From an uncultured Pelagibacteraceae bacterium (GTDB lineage: Bacteria > Pseudomonadota > Alphaproteobacteria > Pelagibacterales > Pelagibacteraceae), in assembly GCA_902588895.1 (NCBI GenBank), contig CACIRC010000001.1, forward strand, positions 17,948 through 81,947: DNA of 64,000 nt. Direction: 5' to 3'. Below are positions 1-8,948 of this stretch, one piece after another (the stretch's first letter is position 1; each line of letters starts with the position of its first letter). The notes under the pieces were generated by a model, which saw only the letters and a program-made list of their open reading frames with translations, searched no databases and was not told where the DNA came from. The position numbers were made by a program, and so were the translations under genes.

Positions 1-753
1 TTTTTCTTTTAATTTTTCTATTCTTTGTTGTAAGCCAGCATAATCCTCTCTCTTTTCTCTTAAAGAAATTTTTTCTAACTTCTCTAATTCTTTAACTTCT
101 CTAACTCTAAACTTTTCAATTTGCTTATCTAATTTTAATTGTTGTAAAAATTGCTTTTGTTTTTCTGCTTGTTCAATTCTTAAAAGAGCTTGTTCTTTTC
201 TTAAGAATAGTTTTATTTCTTTTGTTCTTTGTTTTTCCAATCTAATTTCATCTTTTAAAGCTTGTTCTTTTAATTTAACTTTTAATTCAGCCTCTTTTTG
301 CTTTTCTTTTGCAGCTTCAATCTTTTCTGATCTTTCTTTTTCTTGTTTTTCTATTTTTAATTTTCTTGATTCATCTTTTTTTAGAATTTTATATTCTGAA
401 ATTGTGTCTGCTATTTTATCAAAAAATGCTTGGATATATTTTTCAATACCAAAATTAAATCTAAACTTAAATTCAGGCTTTAGAGAATTTTGAAAGTTAA
501 TTACCTTTAAAAGAAAATCTGGTTTCTGTGATTTAGTAGATTTAGATTGTTTTGAAATTTTTTTTGATTGTTTTGAATTTTTTAATTTTTTTTGTTTTTT
601 ATTTTTTTGTTTTGTTCGATTATTAATTTTTTTTACAGATTTACTTTTAAACTTAAATTTATTTGACTTTTTAGATATTTTTTTAACTTTTTTTTTGGTT
701 TTTCTTTGATTTTTAGAAATACTTTTTTTTAATTTTTTTTTCTTTTTTTTCAT
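1..753 (-). CDS. Partial (runs off left edge) hypothetical protein: very Lys-rich N-terminus followed by an E/K/Q/R-rich coiled coil
   Basis: Not in the ORF track. ATG at 753 reads MKKKKKKLKKSISKIKEK...PDFLLKVINFQ...EQALLRIEQAEKQKQFLQQ and stays open to base 1. Confidence 0.75.
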   Translation of the reverse strand, partial: MKKKKKKLKKSISKNQRKTKKKVKKISKKSNKFKFKSKSVKKINNRTKQKNKKQKKLKNSKQSKKISKQSKSTKSQKPDFLLKVINFQNSLKPEFKFRFNFGIEKYIQAFFDKIADTISEYKILKKDESRKLKIEKQEKERSEKIEAAKEKQKEAELKVKLKEQALKDEIRLEKQRTKEIKLFLRKEQALLRIEQAEKQKQFLQQLKLDKQIEKFRVREVKELEKLEKISLREKREDYAGLQQRIEKLKEK

Positions 754-781
754 TTTAAGGGAGTTTGTTTTTACCAATTAT

Positions 782-1972
782 TTATTGATAAATATAGTCT
801 CTTGTAACAGGTGTAGAAGAATAATTCTTTGTTAATTGAAATTGGTACACAACTTGATCACCCCATTTAAATGCCATCTCACAACCAGCAAGATAAAATT
901 CCCACATCCTGAAAAATCTTTCATCAAACATTTCAATTATTTTGTCTTTATTTGTAATACAATTTTCTTTCCAATGTCTTAGTGTATGTGAGTAATGAAG
1001 TCTTAAAACCTCAATATCTGCAACAATTAAGCCTGCTTTTTCAATTGGTGTTGTTACTTCACTTAAACTTGGAGTATAGCCTCCTGGAAAAATATACTTA
1101 GTGATCCATGGATGTGGATCTCTTGGAGGATTCACTGATCCTATAGTATGAATTAATGATACCCCATCATCTTTTAAAAGTTTTTCAACTTGTGAAAAAA
1201 ATTTTTTATAAAATTTTCTTCCTACATGTTCAAACATTCCAACACTGACTATTCTATCAAATTTTTCATTGAGTTCTCTATAATCCATTAACTTAAAGTT
1301 TAATTGATTTTCTAAATTAAGTTCTTTTGCTCTTTTCTTGCAGTAATTAAATTGATTTTCTGAAAGTGTAATGCCTGTTACTTCACAGTTTGCACTTTTT
1401 GCAATATCTATTGCTAGAGAACCCCATCCACATCCAATATCTAAAACTTTTTGATTTGGTTTTATATTAAGTTTTTTTATTATATGTTGAATTTTATTAT
1501 TTTGAGCAGTTTCCAATGTGTCTGTTTCATTTTTAAAATATGCACATGAATATTGTCTTTTAGGATCCAAAAATAAGTCATAAAGATCATCCGAAATATC
1601 ATAATGATGCGAAACATTCATCTTAGATTTTTTTATAAAATTGAAATTAGTTAAATATCTATATGAACCTCTTAATCTATTAATCAAATAACTAAAAAAA
1701 TTTAAGTCTCCTCTTCCAAAATTCATTAGAGAAAGATCCAAAAAATCAGTTAGCGTTCCATTCTCAATAGTTATTTCACCGTCTGTATATGCTTCACCAA
1801 AATATAAATCAGGATGAAATAGTAACTTATAATGAAGATTTTTATTTAAAATTTTTAATTTTATAGGGTTTTCACTTTTTGGATTTCCAATGATATAACT
1901 TTTTGAATTAGCGTCAACTAATATAAATCCATCTTTTTTAAAAACATTATTTAAAAATCTAGCTAATTGCAT
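782..1972 (-). CDS. cfa: Cyclopropane-fatty-acyl-phospholipid synthase family SAM methyltransferase
   Basis: HHYDIS, YSCAYF, VLDIGCGWG, SVGMFEHVG and YIFPGG motifs. Confidence 0.9.
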   Translation of the reverse strand: MQLARFLNNVFKKDGFILVDANSKSYIIGNPKSENPIKLKILNKNLHYKLLFHPDLYFGEAYTDGEITIENGTLTDFLDLSLMNFGRGDLNFFSYLINRLRGSYRYLTNFNFIKKSKMNVSHHYDISDDLYDLFLDPKRQYSCAYFKNETDTLETAQNNKIQHIIKKLNIKPNQKVLDIGCGWGSLAIDIAKSANCEVTGITLSENQFNYCKKRAKELNLENQLNFKLMDYRELNEKFDRIVSVGMFEHVGRKFYKKFFSQVEKLLKDDGVSLIHTIGSVNPPRDPHPWITKYIFPGGYTPSLSEVTTPIEKAGLIVADIEVLRLHYSHTLRHWKENCITNKDKIIEMFDERFFRMWEFYLAGCEMAFKWGDQVVYQFQLTKNYSSTPVTRDYIYQ

Positions 1973-2857
1973 TTAAGCCGCCTTAGTATTTTTTATTGAA
2001 AAATTTAATTTTTCTAAATTATTGATTAAATCTGATTCATCTTTAGCATTTAAAATGCTTAGTGGTGGTAAAAGATTTTTATAATATGTTTCTTTTTTAC
2101 TAAAGTAAGTGTGTAAACCTGAAATTAAATTATATTTTTCGAATTCAGCTCTTACTTCACAAAGATTTTGGTTTACTGTCTGTTCATTTCCATCATTAAA
2201 ATCATCGTATACCTTTCTTGCCAGTGAAGAAGTAGCATTGCATGTAGCTGTGATAATTCCTGAACATCCTAATTGAAGTCCTTTAAATAATTTAGATTCT
2301 GATCCAGGTAAAACTGAAAAATCGTCAATTTTTAGATTTTCAAAAAGATTGTAAGAACTATCTTTTACTCCAATAATATTTTTTGGATATTTTTTTACTA
2401 ACTCTTCAATACATTCAATACTAAACTTATAACCACAGAGTTTTTCAAAATTATATAGTACTATTTCACAATCAGAAATTACTTCTACTATTTTGCTATA
2501 AAATTCTATTACTTCTTTATCTTCATATTTATAGTAAGCAGGCGGCATAATTAAGAATCTATTAAAACCTAAAGATTTAGAAACTCTCATTAAATTAATT
2601 GTTTCACCTAAAGAATTTAAACCAGTGCCTATGATATATTTTTCTTTGTGTTTGCTTGAAGTCAGATGATTTAACAAATTAATTTTTTCAGAAACAGGTA
2701 TAAGTTGAGCCTGCCCTGTACTTCCAAATATAGCTGCTCCGTGACAACCATTGTCTATAACCATTTCTGCGTGCAGAATGGTTTTTTTAATATCAAGCGT
2801 CAAATCATCATTTAAGATCGACATTGAGGCCGCATAAATGCCTTTAATTTTACTCAT
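1973..2857 (-). CDS. Dihydrodipicolinate synthase/N-acetylneuraminate lyase family protein, substrate uncertain
   Basis: FGSTGQ, PPAYY, LYNF and GVKDSS (Schiff-base Lys). Confidence 0.8.
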   Translation of the reverse strand: MSKIKGIYAASMSILNDDLTLDIKKTILHAEMVIDNGCHGAAIFGSTGQAQLIPVSEKINLLNHLTSSKHKEKYIIGTGLNSLGETINLMRVSKSLGFNRFLIMPPAYYKYEDKEVIEFYSKIVEVISDCEIVLYNFEKLCGYKFSIECIEELVKKYPKNIIGVKDSSYNLFENLKIDDFSVLPGSESKLFKGLQLGCSGIITATCNATSSLARKVYDDFNDGNEQTVNQNLCEVRAEFEKYNLISGLHTYFSKKETYYKNLLPPLSILNAKDESDLINNLEKLNFSIKNTKAA

Positions 2858-2906
2858 AGTAAAAATTTATATAAAAATATTAATTAGTAAAGTTTATAAA
2901 TTAACT

Positions 2907-3869
2907 ATGAAAATATTAGCTATTCAAAACAGGATGGGCATAGGTGATACGGTAATTTTTCTACCTTTTATTAAAGCTATTTCAAAAAAATTTGGAGTAT
3001 CAGTTAGTCTGATGGTGAAAGAAAATTCAAAAGCTAACGAATTTTTAAATCAAACAAATTACATTGATGAAATAATTCACTTAGAAAGAGACAATAAAAT
3101 AAATCAAAAACATGATGGTTTTAAAGGATTTTTCAAATTAGCAAGTGATCTAAAAAAATATAATTTCGATAAAGTTTTTATATTCAATTCTTCTTTGAGA
3201 TATAATTTAATTTCTAGATTAGCAGGTATCAAAGAAATATTTCAATACCCTTTATTTGAAAAACAAAATCAACACATTACAGAACCAGCTAAAGCTATAA
3301 TAAAAAAATATTTAGATATCGAAACTATTGATAATCCAGAAATTCAAATTGATAATAGTTTAGTTCAAAAAACAGCAGTAAACTTTAATATTAATAATGA
3401 TGAACTTAATGTTTTGTTGGGTGTTGGTGGTTCGGGTCCAACAAAAAGAATACCATCAAAAACTTTTCTAGACGTAATGGAAAAATTAGAAGATTTAAAA
3501 AAATGTAGATTTTTTTTAGCTACGGGTAAAAATGAAGATGAACAAAAAATTTTAAGAGAATTATATAATACAAAATTTAAAGAAAAATGTGTTGCCCTAG
3601 ACAATCTTAATATAAGAGAAATTTTACCTGTTATTAAAAATTGTAATGTTGCAATATGCAATGATACAAGTTTCTCACATTTATCATCAGCATTAGGAAT
3701 TAAAACAATTACACTTATGGCAGATACTCCATTAATTTATGGTTCTTACAACACAAATATGTATCCAATAATTCCTGATGGAGAAATAACAGTTTCTCAC
3801 AATACGCGTGGTAAAGACAAAATTAATCCAGATAAGATCTTCAAAAGACTATTATCAATAATTAATTAA
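2907..3869 (+). CDS. Glycosyltransferase family 9 (LPS heptosyltransferase-like)
   Basis: MKILAI..GIGD N-terminus, KRIP, CNDTSFSHLSSALG. Start moved to ATG 2907. Confidence 0.85.
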   Translation: MKILAIQNRMGIGDTVIFLPFIKAISKKFGVSVSLMVKENSKANEFLNQTNYIDEIIHLERDNKINQKHDGFKGFFKLASDLKKYNFDKVFIFNSSLRYNLISRLAGIKEIFQYPLFEKQNQHITEPAKAIIKKYLDIETIDNPEIQIDNSLVQKTAVNFNINNDELNVLLGVGGSGPTKRIPSKTFLDVMEKLEDLKKCRFFLATGKNEDEQKILRELYNTKFKEKCVALDNLNIREILPVIKNCNVAICNDTSFSHLSSALGIKTITLMADTPLIYGSYNTNMYPIIPDGEITVSHNTRGKDKINPDKIFKRLLSIIN

Positions 3870-4369
3870 GAAATATCTTTAAGAACTATCTCTTTGGCTT
3901 CATTAACAATAGCTGATAATCTTGAAGTTTCTGGAGAAATATCAGGGTGAATTTTTTTTTGAATTTTTTGGTAAGCTTTATTTAGAGCTTCTTTAGTTGG
4001 TTTTTTATTAATGTCTAAATTTAAAATCTTATATGCCTCTGATATTGATAGTGATGAAGAATTATTATTTTGATATTGATTAAAAGAAAATCTTCCAGAA
4101 TTTCTTAAAGTTTGAATAAGCCTATAAAGGGAAAGCAATTGAATCAATGATAAACCTTTAAGTTTAACTAAGGCAAGACTTGCAAGAGTTAATGGCAACG
4201 TAAGTAAAAATTTTCCACCAATAGCAAATAAAACTGCTAATAAAGCCAATAACAAAATTGTTATCAGCCTTACTCCTTTGGACATTTTTTTTGGAGAAAT
4301 ATTTGACCACCACCTTAATAAAAAATATAAGATGACTAAAATTACAAGTAGATAAATAATAATATTCAT
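3866..4369 (-). CDS. Membrane-anchored J-domain protein, Pam18/Tim14-like
   Basis: Hydrophobic N-terminal segments; C-terminal EAYKILNL...IHPD...VNEAKE. Start set at MNIIIY. Confidence 0.8.
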   Translation of the reverse strand: MNIIIYLLVILVILYFLLRWWSNISPKKMSKGVRLITILLLALLAVLFAIGGKFLLTLPLTLASLALVKLKGLSLIQLLSLYRLIQTLRNSGRFSFNQYQNNNSSSLSISEAYKILNLDINKKPTKEALNKAYQKIQKKIHPDISPETSRLSAIVNEAKEIVLKDIS

Positions 4370-4384
4370 ATATTTCCTTATTAG

Positions 4385-6460
4385 ATGAAAGTACCACAAC
4401 TTAAAAAAAAACTAGAGATAAAAACTTGTCACAATATTGATTGGGAAGACAATTACAGCTGGATTCATCAAGATAATATTTTGGAAGTTCTCAGAGATAA
4501 AAGCAAGTTAGATCCTGAAGTGAAAAAATATTTAGAAGATGAAAATGCTTACTCAGAGCATCATTTAAAAGATACAAAAGATAGCCAAAAAAAATTATTT
4601 GATGAGATTAAAGCAAGAATTAAATTAGATGATGAATCTTTGCCCTATAAAGATCACACCTATGAGTATTGGACAAAAACTACAAAAAAAGGAAATTATT
4701 CCATAAAACTTAGAAAAAAAATTGGTTCAGAAAATATTGAGGAAATATGGAATGGAGATAAAGAAAAAGAAAAACTTAAAACTGAATATTTTGGGGTTGG
4801 AGATTTAGAAGTAAGTAACAATGATAAATATCTAGGATACTCTTTAGATATTAAAGGATCTGAATATTATACAATTTATTTAAGAGATATAAAAACAAAC
4901 AAAATTATTTCAAAAGAAATTGCAGAAACATCAGGGGGGATAACATTTAGTTTGGATGATAAATATATTTTTTATTCTAAACTTGATGAAAATCATAGAG
5001 CAAGAACAATATACAGGCACAGAATAGGTGATTTTGAGGGCAAAGATGAATTAATATTTGAGGAGAAAAGCGAGGCTTTTACAGTAGGAATTGGAAAAAG
5101 CTCAGATGAAAAATATTTTTTTATAAATACTTCTGACCATAATACTTCAGAGCAATATTATTTTAAATCAGATGAATTAAATCCATCTCCAAAACTTATT
5201 ATTAAAAGAGAAAGAGGTGTTCTGTATTCTGTAAATTCATGGGATGGTAAATTTTATAATCATACAAATAAAAATGCTGAAGACTTTAGAATTGATATTT
5301 GTGACAATTTAGAAAATCAAAATTGGAAAACATATATTCCAGCAAAAGACGAAGTTTTAATTGGTGGATTAACATTCCTTAAAAATTGGATTATTCGTGG
5401 TGAAACATCAGATGCACTAGATAAATTATTTGTCAAAAATATTTCTACAAATATTGAAGAAGAATTAATTTTTTCTGATGAATCTGTTTATGTTCCAGGA
5501 GTAAGCTTAACTCAAAAAGATAGAAATACGGATGAAGTTCATTTGGGATACTCCTCACCTAAAACTCCTTCTAGAGTGTTTAAATATAATTTAGCAACAA
5601 AATCTAAAGAACTTGTTAAAGAACAAGAGATCCCATCTGGTCATAATAAAGATGACTATATTGTTGAGAGAGTTGAGTTTAAATCTCATGACGGAAGAAT
5701 GGTTCCATTAACAATTACTAGACACAAAAAAACAAAAATTGATGGGTCTGCAAATGTTTTATTGTATGGATATGGGTCTTATGGAAATTCTATGTCCCCA
5801 AGTTTTTCTTCTACAAGATTAAGTCTTATCAATAGAGATATAATTTGGGCCACAGCCCATATCAGAGGTGGTATGGAAAAAGGTATGAAGTGGTGGAAAG
5901 AGGGAAAATTAACAAACAAAAAAAATACTTTTGAAGATTATATTTATGCAGCAAAATATTTGATCGAAAAGAATTATACGTCAAAAGGAAATATTATTGG
6001 AATGGGTGGATCAGCTGGAGGATTATTAATGGGAGCTGTAGTCAATCAATCTCCTGAATTATTTTTAGGAATTATAATGGCTGTTCCTTTTGTGGATTCT
6101 TTAACAACAAATCTTGATCATTCTTTGCCTTTAACCGTGGGAGAATTTGACGAATTTGGAAATGCAAAAGATAATAAAGAACACTTTGATTATATTTTTT
6201 CATATGCGCCCTACAACAATATTAAAAAAATGGATTATCCACATATTTTTATTACAACAAGTTTAAGTGATAATAGAGTTTTATTTGATGAACCTGCAAA
6301 GTTCACAGCAAAACTTAGAGACTACAAAACAGATAATAATTTACTTCTTTTAAAAACCGAAATGAATGCTGGTCATGGTGGAAAATCTGGAAGGGATGGA
6401 GCAATAGAAGAAATTGCTATTGACTATGCATTTGCATTAAAAATTTCAAAAAAAATTTAG
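4385..6460 (+). CDS. ptrB: Oligopeptidase B (S9A protease II)
   Basis: DNYSW, LLYGYGSYG, GGSAGG catalytic Ser, DNRV, AGHGG. Confidence 0.92.
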   Translation: MKVPQLKKKLEIKTCHNIDWEDNYSWIHQDNILEVLRDKSKLDPEVKKYLEDENAYSEHHLKDTKDSQKKLFDEIKARIKLDDESLPYKDHTYEYWTKTTKKGNYSIKLRKKIGSENIEEIWNGDKEKEKLKTEYFGVGDLEVSNNDKYLGYSLDIKGSEYYTIYLRDIKTNKIISKEIAETSGGITFSLDDKYIFYSKLDENHRARTIYRHRIGDFEGKDELIFEEKSEAFTVGIGKSSDEKYFFINTSDHNTSEQYYFKSDELNPSPKLIIKRERGVLYSVNSWDGKFYNHTNKNAEDFRIDICDNLENQNWKTYIPAKDEVLIGGLTFLKNWIIRGETSDALDKLFVKNISTNIEEELIFSDESVYVPGVSLTQKDRNTDEVHLGYSSPKTPSRVFKYNLATKSKELVKEQEIPSGHNKDDYIVERVEFKSHDGRMVPLTITRHKKTKIDGSANVLLYGYGSYGNSMSPSFSSTRLSLINRDIIWATAHIRGGMEKGMKWWKEGKLTNKKNTFEDYIYAAKYLIEKNYTSKGNIIGMGGSAGGLLMGAVVNQSPELFLGIIMAVPFVDSLTTNLDHSLPLTVGEFDEFGNAKDNKEHFDYIFSYAPYNNIKKMDYPHIFITTSLSDNRVLFDEPAKFTAKLRDYKTDNNLLLLKTEMNAGHGGKSGRDGAIEEIAIDYAFALKISKKI

Positions 6461-6472
6461 TACACTTTAAAT

Positions 6473-6500
6473 CTTGAAAAAAACAAATTAATTCCCATAT
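6473..6500 (+). promoter_or_regulatory. RpoH (sigma32) heat-shock promoter of ibpA
   Basis: CTTGAA (6473-6478), 15 nt, CCCATAT (6494-6500), directly upstream of an Hsp20 gene. Confidence 0.8.
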
Positions 6501-6507
6501 AAACTGA

Positions 6508-6565
6508 GTAAGTCGCCTAATGGGGCTTACATAAATAAACTTGCTTAACAAAGGAGGATATTATG
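6508..6565 (+). promoter_or_regulatory. Candidate ROSE-like RNA thermometer in the ibpA 5' UTR
   Basis: Hairpin GTAAGTC...GGCTTAC (6508-6530), then TTGCT (6541-6545) positioned to pair with SD AGGAGG (6552-6557). Confidence 0.55.
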
Positions 6566-7009
6566 ACAAGTAAGGATCTATCTATATTTAACTCACTTAG
6601 ACCTTTTTCAATTGGTTTTGATGACATGTTCGACCAATTTGAAAATATGTTGGGAAATGGGAATTTGACGATGCAGTCAAATTATCCACCATACAACATC
6701 CGAAAGACAGGTAAAGACAACTATGCAATTGAAGTAGCATTGGCTGGCTTTAGCAAAAAAGACGTTGAGGTTGAGTTCGAGGACAATTTATTAACAGTAA
6801 GAACAAAACAAGTTAATAAATCTGAGGACAGTGATGTTAATGGAGAAATTATTCATAAAGGTATTTCTCAAAGACAATTTGCAAGATCATTCACTATTGC
6901 TGATGATGTAAAAGTTAATGGTGCTGAACTTAAAGATGGTCTTTTAACAATATCTTGTGAAAGAATAATTCCAGAACATAAAAAAAAGAAGCTTATTGAA
7001 ATTAAATAA
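6563..7009 (+). CDS. ibpA: Small heat-shock protein, Hsp20/IbpA
   Basis: IGFD, NYPPYNI, ALAGF, HKGIS.RQF, LKDGLL and C-terminal IEI. Confidence 0.92.
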   Translation: MTSKDLSIFNSLRPFSIGFDDMFDQFENMLGNGNLTMQSNYPPYNIRKTGKDNYAIEVALAGFSKKDVEVEFEDNLLTVRTKQVNKSEDSDVNGEIIHKGISQRQFARSFTIADDVKVNGAELKDGLLTISCERIIPEHKKKKLIEIK

Positions 7010-7022
7010 GTCTTAAACCTTG

Positions 7023-7046
7023 CTTGTGGGGATTTCTCCCCACAAG
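7023..7046. terminator. Intrinsic terminator between convergent ibpA and NCS2 permease, possibly bidirectional
   Basis: Perfect 10-bp stem CTTGTGGGGA-TTTC-TCCCCACAAG. Confidence 0.8.
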
Positions 7047-7056
7047 TTTAAATTAG

Positions 7057-8379
7057 TTATTTCTTTGCCATTATAGCATTCAAAGCAAATGCTAATAATC
7101 CAGCAGGTATAAGTCCAGTTGTTAACAGTAGTTTTAAACTTATTCCAAAATCTGGAATATTTTTCACAAAGTCTGGTAACAATGACATCCCAATTCCAAA
7201 AGACAAAGAAAGAGCTAAGATTAATAAATTTCTTTGATCCATTTCTGCCCTTGAAATCAATTTAATACCAGCAGCTACAATCATACCAAACATAATGATT
7301 GCTGCTCCACCAATCACAGACTCTGGCATTGCAGCGATTATTCCACCTAATTTTGGAAATAATCCCATTAGAACCAAAACTATTCCCGCAATAGTTCCAA
7401 CGTGCCTACTTACAACACCTGTAAACGCAACTAGTCCAGCATTTTGTGAATAGGATGTATTTGGCATCGCATTAAATATTGCACCAAATGCAGTACCAAC
7501 ACCATCTGCCATAATTCCACCTGATATTTCTTTATCCGTTGCTTCTCGTTTAGCACCACCCATTGTCGTAGCACTTATGTCTCCAATTGTTTCAATTGTT
7601 GTAACAACTGACATAAATAACATTAGAATTATTGCACCAGGTACAAAATCAATTCCATATTGAAGTGGCATTGGAAACGCAAACCATGCTGCAGATGCAA
7701 TTTTGCCGTAGTTAACCATTCCTAATGCTGCTGCAACTATGAAACCAGCTACTATTCCAATCAAAATTGAGGCTGCAGAAGCCATTCCTTTACCTCTAAG
7801 ATTAAAAAAGATAGCAACTATGAACACTGAAGCGGCAACCGTTAAATGATTTACATTTGCAAAGATTTCAGGTTTATTGTTCATTAACCATCCACCTCCA
7901 CCAGCATACATAAAACCAACTTTAAGCAAACTAAATCCAATCATTAATACAACTATACCAGTAACTAATGGTGGGAATAGATGTCTTATTGGTTTTAAAA
8001 CTTTTCCAATAAAAATTTGAAAAATTCCTCCAATGAACGCTGCTGTAAATACCGCACCTAATCCTGCTGCTTTAAATGGTAGCATGATTGGTATAAACGC
8101 AAAACTTGTTCCTTGAACAATAGGAAGTCTTGCACCAATTTCTTTGTATCCAACTGTTTGGATAATTGTTGCAACTCCCGCAACAAACAAAGCCATTTGT
8201 ATCAAAAATATTTTTTGTTCAGGCGTTTGACCAAAAACTCCAGCCACAATTATAGGAACAGTTATATTACCAGCAAACATTGCTAGTACGTGCTGAATTC
8301 CTAAAGGTATGGATTTATTTAATGGAAGTTTTTTATCCGGACTGTTTGTAGAGCCCGCTTTTGTTTTTCTTGAAGCCAT
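7057..8379 (-). CDS. NCS2/NAT family xanthine/uric acid permease
   Basis: QHVLAM, RLPIVQGTSFAF, ETIGD, NAT motif SQNAGLVAFTGV; SD GGAGG. Confidence 0.92.
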   Translation of the reverse strand: MASRKTKAGSTNSPDKKLPLNKSIPLGIQHVLAMFAGNITVPIIVAGVFGQTPEQKIFLIQMALFVAGVATIIQTVGYKEIGARLPIVQGTSFAFIPIMLPFKAAGLGAVFTAAFIGGIFQIFIGKVLKPIRHLFPPLVTGIVVLMIGFSLLKVGFMYAGGGGWLMNNKPEIFANVNHLTVAASVFIVAIFFNLRGKGMASAASILIGIVAGFIVAAALGMVNYGKIASAAWFAFPMPLQYGIDFVPGAIILMLFMSVVTTIETIGDISATTMGGAKREATDKEISGGIMADGVGTAFGAIFNAMPNTSYSQNAGLVAFTGVVSRHVGTIAGIVLVLMGLFPKLGGIIAAMPESVIGGAAIIMFGMIVAAGIKLISRAEMDQRNLLILALSLSFGIGMSLLPDFVKNIPDFGISLKLLLTTGLIPAGLLAFALNAIMAKK

Positions 8380-8516
8380 ATAACCTCCGTCGTTAACTAA
8401 ATAGACGTTACATTATTGGCTATGAATTAATATAAAAAAACTGATTAGTTTAGAACAACTCCGCTTTAGATAGTAAAAAAAACCTATAATGAGCAGATTT
8501 ATTTTAATTAATAAAT

Positions 8517-8822
8517 TTAAAAGCAACCGTTTGAAACAAAACCCACAACTATATTTTCTGAATTTATTTCAAACCTACGTTCACATGGAACAAGGTATTT
8601 TTTACTATTATAAACTAGCTCAAAATTCCCTTTAGCATTTTTAAAGTCTTCGTCTGGTTTTCCAAGCTCCATCTGAAGTTCGCTAGCTGATTTCCCAAGA
8701 AATTTACTTAATTTTTCATTTTCCTTTTCAACAATAGCATCTGTTTTATCTTTAACGGTTTGGCACCCTGAAAAAAAAATTAATATAATTACAAGACTTA
8801 TTAAAGATTTTAATTTTGACAT
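8517..8822 (-). CDS. Small hypothetical lipoprotein
   Basis: Lipobox FSGC after a hydrophobic stretch; LGKPD motif resembles SmpA/BamE-like folds. Confidence 0.7.
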   Translation of the reverse strand: MSKLKSLISLVIILIFFSGCQTVKDKTDAIVEKENEKLSKFLGKSASELQMELGKPDEDFKNAKGNFELVYNSKKYLVPCERRFEINSENIVVGFVSNGCF

Positions 8823-8948
8823 AAGTTTAAATTAACATTTTTTGTTTCATAAATTATTAACTTTTAAGTTGTATAAATAATTTATTTCTTATTACTTTTA
8901 AGTTTAATTATAGTAACAATTGTGTTCTTTATTTGATGGTTCAAGCGT

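Noticed and set aside
540-750. Poly-T tracts as phase-variation sites or a repeat array
   Set aside because: They are Lys codons of an open minus-strand frame; homopolymers are common throughout this AT-rich window.
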